A DNA stretch of 63,987 nt, counting the filler, from Barthelona sp. PAP020 (taxonomy: Eukaryota): NCBI GenBank assembly GCA_040182905.1. It is 34 parts of 34 records of this genome, joined end to end, with 100 filler letters (N's around TTAATTAATTAA, not from the genome) between each part and the next. Parts side by side here need not be neighbours in the genome. Positions count along the whole stretch, not along the records: positions 55,647 to 57,375 come from JARQWU010000924.1; positions 57,476 to 59,194 come from JARQWU010000925.1; positions 59,295 to 61,013 come from JARQWU010000926.1; positions 61,114 to 62,829 come from JARQWU010000927.1; positions 62,930 to 63,987 come from JARQWU010001024.1; 29 more parts are not named here. One strand, given 5' to 3'. The notes under the pieces are model-generated. The model was not told where the DNA came from and made no database searches. It saw only the letters and a program-made list of their open reading frames with translations. A program made the translations under genes and the position numbers. This document shows, piece by piece, positions 57,139 to 63,987 of the stretch (the first letter of the stretch is position 1; every line of letters starts with the position of its first letter).

Positions 57139-57375
57139 TTATTTGTCATATTTTGGAACTGCTTTTAAAAATCCCTGGATTTGTAAAGGAACTTGTAATT
57201 TTAAAACTAACATGTTGGAAAGATCACCTTTTTTAAAAGCTTCAACAGCTATATTTGCTTCCACAGCTTCAACATCTTTTGCAATTCTGACAGTTATGTG
57301 AGGATATTCCTTTACACCAACCAGAGATGCAGGCAATTCCACAACAAAAACAATCAGCCTTTTTGTAATCAATAA
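57139..57375 (-). CDS. C-terminal fragment with 2H-phosphoesterase HxT motif (Trl1 CPDase-like)
   Basis: YPHITVRIAKDVEAVEAN resembles the PHIT...ESN motif of fungal-type tRNA-ligase cyclic phosphodiesterase domains. Confidence 0.45.
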   Translation of the reverse strand, partial: LLITKRLIVFVVELPASLVGVKEYPHITVRIAKDVEAVEANIAVEAFKKGDLSNMLVLKLQVPLQIQGFLKAVPKYDK

Positions 57376-57475
57376 NNNNNNNNNNNNNNNNNNNNNNNNN
57401 NNNNNNNNNNNNNNNNNNNTTAATTAATTAANNNNNNNNNNNNNNNNNNNNNNNNNNNNNNNNNNNNNNNNNNNN

Positions 57476-58261
57476 GTTAACACTAATATTTCGACTATTT
57501 CCAGATATACTGTTTCAAATACCCAATTACTCAAGGAGATAAGATTGATTTTAAATTTTGTGCAAAATTTGATACCTGTTGATGATTCAGACAGCGATAT
57601 AGTTACTAATAGAGGTTTAAGAATTAGAGACATCAATCAATACTTCGACAAAGATTTTTACAATTTTATATTGAAGCTAAGTTACAAAGCGAAGATTGTG
57701 GAAGAGCTAAAGAATTTAGAGATAAGCTTAGAAAGCATTATTGGACATCTTAACAATTTAAACAATCTTGTGGCGAATCAGAATGCTGATTCAATCACAG
57801 ATTCTTTTTATAGTCTTCAAATTCCTCAGTTTGATGAAAACAATGATGAAAATGTTTCTGATGAATTTGAGAGAGTGATGTACGAAAATGAAGGGAAGCA
57901 TTTTGTACCCGAATTATTTGCATCACAAGCTGTTGGAAATGAGCTTAAAGAACAAAAACTTCCCAAATATACATGTAATAACACTAATAAGAGCAATAAT
58001 AACAGTATAAAAGTGAATGTTTTTGAAAATGAAAGGAAAAACTTTGATACAAATCAGTCCTATTTGCCACCTTCTATGAACGATATTTTTGACAATAGAC
58101 CTAGGTCATTGTCGGAAAATGTATCGTTTACCGATTATGATTTGAGCAGTCTAAGTTTGGATATGAATGCTTCACATTTATTTTCTGATGACTTTCAAAT
58201 TTCTCAAATGTTTTCTTCATTAAACCCCTTTGATGAATCACACAACCCCTTTAAAATTTGA
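57476..58261 (+). CDS. 3' fragment of a hypothetical protein
   Basis: Frame open from the contig edge to the stop; ends NPFDESHNPFKI (two NPF motifs). Confidence 0.65.
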   Translation, partial: VNTNISTISRYTVSNTQLLKEIRLILNFVQNLIPVDDSDSDIVTNRGLRIRDINQYFDKDFYNFILKLSYKAKIVEELKNLEISLESIIGHLNNLNNLVANQNADSITDSFYSLQIPQFDENNDENVSDEFERVMYENEGKHFVPELFASQAVGNELKEQKLPKYTCNNTNKSNNNSIKVNVFENERKNFDTNQSYLPPSMNDIFDNRPRSLSENVSFTDYDLSSLSLDMNASHLFSDDFQISQMFSSLNPFDESHNPFKI

Positions 58262-59691
58262 TCTCTTTTTATGGTATTTTTTTCTGTTTTCAATCAGTCT
58301 TTGACTTTTGAAAACCTTTTTTTTTTTTGAATTTAAAGCTTTTTTTAATTCTTTTATTGAGTTTTGGTAAAATCCTCATTTAACTTCTCTTTTTTCATTC
58401 AAATTTTTTAATTTTTAAACTTTGTTTCCATGAGCTTATGGGGATTTTGGGACGGCCGATATTGTTTTGAGCATAATTGATGTCGAAGGGGAACCTTCTT
58501 AGAAAAAGAAAAAAAAAAAGCAATCCAAAAATGTAAGGTTGCTCAAAAAAAAGACTTGTCGAATTTCTTCTTTATCTTTCCGTCAAAACGATTTTCTCAA
58601 CGACTTCTGATAATGGAAACCTTGTCCATGCGTATGATAATATTTACCTGTTAATTTGATGAGATCAAATATCTTCTTTTTTTTTTGGCAACATGATTTT
58701 CATGAGAAATTCTTTTCTTTTAATGCATAAAAGCATAGAAATTATTTTTATTGAAAAAGAATTATTACCAATTCATTCTTTCACCAAAAAGAAACACTCA
58801 TTGGACTCAAAATCTCAAAAATTTTGATAATCAGTAGTGTATAACATTTTATGAGTAGAAGCACCACAAAGATCAAACTAGTTTATTCCCATCATTTATT
58901 AGGTTTTTTTTCTTTTGAAAACAATTCCAGTGGTGTGGAAAAAGAAAGATGAAAGAGACTATAATATTTATAAAATGTATAAAATGCCTTTAATAACAAT
59001 GAACAAAAGAGCATCCAAAGAAGAGATTGTCATCTGTTTTTTGATTTTTATCGTTAAGGTTTAATTATTGTTAACTTCCAATTGAGTCAACACATATTTA
59101 TAATTTCTGACATTATTTTGCATTCTTTCAGCAAAAGGCCACAAAGAAGGAAATAATTTTTGCAAAATTAACAACTGTGGTTTGACCAAGAAAGNNNNNN
59201 NNNNNNNNNNNNNNNNNNNNNNNNNNNNNNNNNNNNNNTTAATTAATTAANNNNNNNNNNNNNNNNNNNNNNNNNNNNNNNNNNNNNNNNNNNNCCTGCT
59301 CGAAAATACATACGAAGCTACTTTAAGAATCCAATATTTGGACCATTGTCAGGAAAGCGGAACAAAAAATATTGAAGTCGCCGCAAATCAAGTGGAAAAA
59401 CAGCTTTTATGGGAAAGAACGAAAGTATCCAGTTCATGAATGATTTTGAAAAGAAAAGCAGGATTTGAAAAAAGAATTACAATACAATATGAAGTGAACA
59501 AGTGAACAATATAATGGATAGGTGAACAATATAATGAAGAAGGTTTGAACTGTTAAACGAATGTAAATATTTAATTGTTTTTGTTTGTATTGAAAAAGAA
59601 GAAGAAATTCAAAAGTTTTTTTAAAGAAGAAAGCAATTGAAAAAAAGAAGTGAAGGTCTAGGAAACACAAGAAAAATATTTTTTTTTAAAA

Positions 59692-60864
59692 ATGAATTTT
59701 CTAAACGACTTAACACGTGCTGCAAATGTGAGCTCTAATCATATTGGAAATGATATCAGAAGATCTGTCAATAATGCTGTCCGTGAACAACAAAGACAAG
59801 AAAGACAGAGACAAAATGAGATGAGACGTCAACAACGTGAAATGGAAAACGATATGAGACGTCAACAACGTGAAATGGAAAATCAATTCAAGAAACAACA
59901 GCGTGAATTGGAGAATCAAATGAGAAAAACAATGCAAAGCATTAAATGGGCAGATAATCATATTCGTTGTATTGAAAGAGTTTCTCGACTTGAGAATCCC
60001 GTTGCAAACACACTTTGTCTCGATTTTCCCAATCATACATTTTATAACACACGTTATGTTTTTGATTCCACTCAAAATATGATCAGACCATGCGCTTTGG
60101 ATGATTTACCTCCTTGTAAAGGAAGAGGAAAAACAGGTCATGAAATAATGCCATTTCCAATGCTATATCCCATTAACGGTGTTCCAAATTTGTATGTTGC
60201 TGGATTTTGTAGCAAATGTTTTGAAGCACATTTTGTTTCAACTGAATTTCCTGTATTTCAACAATATATGAAACAATACCAAGTAACTGTTGATCAAATA
60301 GCTCAATACAGTCCTATGGCAGTTTTAAATCAAGCTTCCGGCATGCAACAATCTGGCATGAATCAACAATATGGGATGCAAGAACAAACTATTCCTGGTA
60401 TGAATCAACCTCAACAACAATATGGAATGCAACCTGGTGTGCCTGGCATGAACCAACAATATGGAATGCAACCTGGTGTTCCTGGCATGAATCAACCTGG
60501 TGTTCCTGGCATGAATCAACCTGGAGTTCCTGGTATGAATCAACCTGGAGTTCCTGGTATGAATCAACCTCAGCAACAATATGGTATTCAACCTGGAGTT
60601 CCTGGCATGAACCAACAATATGGAATGCAACCTGGTGTTCCCGGTATGAATCAATCCGGTATTCCTGGCATGAATCAACCTGGAGTTCCTGGTATGAATC
60701 AACCTCAGCAACAATATGGTATGCAACCTGGTATTCCTGGCATGAACCAACAATATGGAATGCAACCTGGTGTTCCTGGTATGAATCAACAGTATGGCAT
60801 GCAACCTGGTATGAATCAACCTCAACAACAATATGGAATGCAACCTGGAATGAGATTTTCATGA
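59692..60864 (+). CDS. Protein with coiled coil, Cys/His domain and (QQYGMQ)PGVPGMNQ tandem repeats
   Basis: ORF translation; 24/39-bp DNA repeats at ~60340-60850. Confidence 0.85.
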   Translation: MNFLNDLTRAANVSSNHIGNDIRRSVNNAVREQQRQERQRQNEMRRQQREMENDMRRQQREMENQFKKQQRELENQMRKTMQSIKWADNHIRCIERVSRLENPVANTLCLDFPNHTFYNTRYVFDSTQNMIRPCALDDLPPCKGRGKTGHEIMPFPMLYPINGVPNLYVAGFCSKCFEAHFVSTEFPVFQQYMKQYQVTVDQIAQYSPMAVLNQASGMQQSGMNQQYGMQEQTIPGMNQPQQQYGMQPGVPGMNQQYGMQPGVPGMNQPGVPGMNQPGVPGMNQPGVPGMNQPQQQYGIQPGVPGMNQQYGMQPGVPGMNQSGIPGMNQPGVPGMNQPQQQYGMQPGIPGMNQQYGMQPGVPGMNQQYGMQPGMNQPQQQYGMQPGMRFS

Positions 60865-61113
60865 TAATTTTGTGTTATTTATTTGTATCAATTGTTTTTG
60901 AACACAATATTTTGAATAAAAATTATGGAAGAATATTTTTTTGTTTTTTCATTGTAGGTGTTTATGGAAGATATTGTTGATGAAAGAATACCTATTGTGA
61001 AAGAGTTTTCAGANNNNNNNNNNNNNNNNNNNNNNNNNNNNNNNNNNNNNNNNNNNNTTAATTAATTAANNNNNNNNNNNNNNNNNNNNNNNNNNNNNNN
61101 NNNNNNNNNNNNN

Positions 61114-61947
61114 GTCAAGCAGTGTATCAAAGTTGGCGTTGATGTGAACAAACAGGGCAAGGAAGGAAGGACATCGCTTTGGGGAGCTTGTTTTTATGGG
61201 TATTTTGAAGTTATTGAGTTTTTGTTGGATTTTGGTGCAAATGTTAATTTGTGTATGGATGATGGATTTTCTCCATTGTATGTTAGTTGTTATAAAGGTC
61301 ATCTTGATGTTGTCAGAATCCTCTTGGATCATGGAGCTGATGTTAATTTGAGTATGAATGACGGTACTTCTCCATTGTACGTCAGTTGTCAAAATGGACA
61401 TTTTGATGTTGCCAGAATGCTCTTGGATCATGGAGCTGATGTTAATTTGTGTAGGCACTGTGGATTTTCTCCATTGTACATCAGTTGTGAACTTGCTCAT
61501 CTTGATGTTGCCAAGATGCTTCTAAATTGTCCCAAAATAAACCTATATGGTGAAGATATGCTGTTATTTTTCAACAGATTGTATACAAGTGATGAACAAC
61601 GGAAAAAAAACCAATACAGCATTTTGCGCTGTCCCAAATTAAAACAAAAATTGAAGAGTGGCAAGCATATTGATTTGAAATTTGAGCACTTGTCCAAAGC
61701 TGAGTTGATTGAATTGGTAAAGAATGAGGGCTATTTGTTATCAACCCTTGTTGCAATGAAGGTAAACAGTGTCATCATTCGGGAATTTGTGAGTGCTGGA
61801 GTCTATATGAATCAAAGAGATTTTGATATGTCAATCAATTTATGTTGGGATTTGCTGGACATTAATGAAAGAAACGGTGGTAATATGCGTCAGTATATTG
61901 ATGAAGAGATTGAAGATGATGATAGTGAGGAGAGGAGTGATGATTAA
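61114..61947 (+). CDS. Ankyrin-repeat protein (5'-truncated), paralog of 4090 with 3 instead of 7 core repeats
   Basis: Same GKEGRT cap and the same LYGEDMLLFFNRLYTSDEQ...NGGNMRQYID C-terminal domain. Confidence 0.93.
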   Translation, partial: VKQCIKVGVDVNKQGKEGRTSLWGACFYGYFEVIEFLLDFGANVNLCMDDGFSPLYVSCYKGHLDVVRILLDHGADVNLSMNDGTSPLYVSCQNGHFDVARMLLDHGADVNLCRHCGFSPLYISCELAHLDVAKMLLNCPKINLYGEDMLLFFNRLYTSDEQRKKNQYSILRCPKLKQKLKSGKHIDLKFEHLSKAELIELVKNEGYLLSTLVAMKVNSVIIREFVSAGVYMNQRDFDMSINLCWDLLDINERNGGNMRQYIDEEIEDDDSEERSDD

Positions 61948-61997
61948 AAAGCTCTTTTTTGTTGTTACATGTTTATTCCATTCATGTTTTGTGGATT

Positions 61998-62285
61998 TAT
62001 TTCCAAGCCAAGAAGCACTGTGCGAATGAGTGAATTAAAAAGAATGATGTTTATTTGGTTAAAGGCTTTTGAGGCCGATTATTCTGTTGAAAAACTTTAG
62101 ATTTTCTAGGGTAAAGTTCAAACTTTAAAATTTTGCTTTTGCAAAAGTACAAAAAAATAGGAATGAACAATTTCTCCGAAATTCTCCTACTTGATCCTTC
62201 CAATTACATTTCAATCCCTCAATTCCCCTCCTAGGATTTTGACTGAAATTTGCCAGTATGAGTTTTCTGAGTTTACTTTCTTTAT
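61998..62285 (+). repeat. Repeat family B, longest copy
   Basis: Spans all segments seen at 5728, 11670, 19756 and 34821. Confidence 0.9.
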
Positions 62286-62592
62286 AAATAAGTGTAATTG
62301 TTTTAAAATTGGACCAATTAATCAAATTGATATCCAATAATTTAGAAATGTAAAGTTCATGTTCATTCTTTAAGTTACTTGAGCATTTGAATCCAAGTGA
62401 GTATTTCCCAAACTTTAAGCCAATTAGTTTTGTTGTTTACTGAACAATTCATACCTCTTAAATATCTAATAAATAAATTTTATTTAATTCTTTTTTTTAA
62501 ATAGAATTCAATTGATTATATTGATAATGTGCTGTATGCATTTTTAAAATATTTTATCTTATTTTTATTAATGCAAAAACCTTAATAACAAG

Positions 62593-62665
62593 TTCGATAT
62601 AGTCTACTTGGTTAGGATAGTGGGTTCTCACCCCGCAGAACCGGGTTCGAATCCCGGTATCGAAG
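62593..62665 (+). tRNA. tRNA-Glu(CTC)
   Basis: Acceptor TTCGATA/TATCGAA, anticodon arm GTGGG-TTCTCAC-CCCGC, T arm CCGGG-TTCGAAT-CCCGG; T5 terminator follows. Confidence 0.95.
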
Positions 62666-62694
62666 AATTTTTCAAAGTATTAAAACAAAAATGA

Positions 62695-62704
62695 GATCGA
62701 GTCT
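62695..62704 (+). promoter_or_regulatory. Downstream B-box-like motif GATCGAGTCT of tRNA-Glu
   Basis: Starts 30 nt after the discriminator. Confidence 0.7.
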
Positions 62705-62931
62705 CTGAAACCGTAGAATTTTACCTGTTCATTCACGTTAGACGAAAGGGCAAAATTAAAGGCTTTAATTTATATTTACTAACTGGGGTTGGGGAAATTA
62801 CTCCATGGTATCTTTGCTGTTTTGGTCAANNNNNNNNNNNNNNNNNNNNNNNNNNNNNNNNNNNNNNNNNNNNTTAATTAATTAANNNNNNNNNNNNNNN
62901 NNNNNNNNNNNNNNNNNNNNNNNNNNNNNGA

Positions 62932-63987
62932 GCAATGTTTGTCCGTACTGATCAATTGGATGGTGAAACAGATTGGAAGCTTAGACATGCTTGTAGTTCA
63001 ACCCAAAGTTTAGAAAAGGAAGAAATTGTTGATATGAATGCTGAAATTTATGCAGAAGCACCCAATAAGCAAATTTATGATTTCATTGGCACATTTAGCG
63101 TGAAAAATGATGCTGCTGAAAATGCAATTACAGAATCTTTGAATTTGGAAAACACAATATGGAAGTCATTGGTAATTGCCAGTGGTTGTAACGTATGTTT
63201 AGTTATTTATACAGGAAAAGATACTCGGGCTTTAATGAATGTTGAGGAACGACTAGCAAAAGTTGGTATTTTTGATCATGAGGTTAACAAGCTTTCAAAG
63301 CAATTATTTATTATTTTAGCAGCAATGTCTGGTGGTTTAACTATCTTTAAAGGTATCAACTCAATTTCTTACATTTATCTTGTGCGTTTTATTGTTCTTC
63401 TTTCATCTATCATTCCTACCTCCATGAAAGTTCACATTGATATCTCAAAGACATTTTTTTCAATGAAAATTAGTCAAGATACCAAAATTCCAGGGACTAT
63501 TGCACGTTCAACAACAGTACCTGAACAATTAGGACGGTTATTTTATTTATTTATGGATAAAACAGGTACTTTGACTCGAAATGTCATGTCCCTTAAAAAA
63601 CTCAGAGTGGGACAAGCATTGTATCTTGATGAAACTACCGAAGAGCTAAAGCGTATTTGCATGGACTTTTCTGATTCAATGCATCATCAGGATCAAAAAC
63701 GTTTCAGTTCCGTGTTGGCTTTTAATTTTGAATCTTTTGACATTGAAAATAATTCGTTTTCCAGCGTTTTAGCCATGATATTGTGTCATAACGTTTCTGT
63801 TGTGGAAGAAGATGGGGAACGTACGTTACAAGCTGCCAGTCCTGATGAAGTTGCATTGGTACAATTTGCCGAAACCATTGGTTTTACACTTGTATCTCGT
63901 ACGTTTGAAGAAATTACAATTTCAATGCCAAACGGATCTATTCGTCATTATAGAATTCTACAGGACTTTCCTTTTACTTCTGAACGC
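62932..63987 (+). CDS. P4-type ATPase phospholipid flippase, ATP9/Neo1 subfamily (internal fragment)
   Basis: FVRTDQLDGETDWKLR, ARSTTVPEQLGR, DKTGTLTRNVM, LCHNV, AASPDEVALV; absent from the ORF track because no stop falls in the window. Confidence 0.93.

Noticed and set aside
20..63987. Alternative genetic code (TAA/TAG read as Gln, as in hexamitid diplomonads)
   Set aside because: Conserved genes end at expected positions with TAA, TAG or TGA (PDI ends KDEL-TAG); in-frame stops are explained by introns.

Overview
This window is not one locus. It is about 34 unrelated contigs of 1.7-1.9 kb, sorted by decreasing length and joined by artificial N44-TTAATTAATTAA-N44 linkers, so adjacency across a linker means nothing. 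Most contigs come from an AT-rich, very compact eukaryotic genome using the standard genetic code. It looks like an anaerobic flagellated protist: it has an axonemal dynein intermediate chain, methionine gamma-lyase, Arp2, IST1 and BLOC-1, and sparse 34-44 nt introns near gene 5' ends. A metamonad-like lineage is an inference only. Three contigs are bacterial: Bacteroidota-type fusA-rpsJ, a kamB/kamC-like pair and a tyrosine integrase. One contig is satellite or subtelomere-like. The main observations are: (1) all three unrelated tRNA genes carry the identical decamer GATCGAGTCT 30-33 nt downstream, resembling an external B-box; (2) the tRNA contigs are patchworks of short dispersed repeat modules, and one module lies between 14-bp direct repeats downstream of tRNA-Ser; (3) a modular kinase/ankyrin family varies mainly at the positions randomised in DARPins, and all three copies are followed by the same palindrome-rich element; (4) a ~400 bp dispersed element keeps short conserved blocks at near-fixed spacing.
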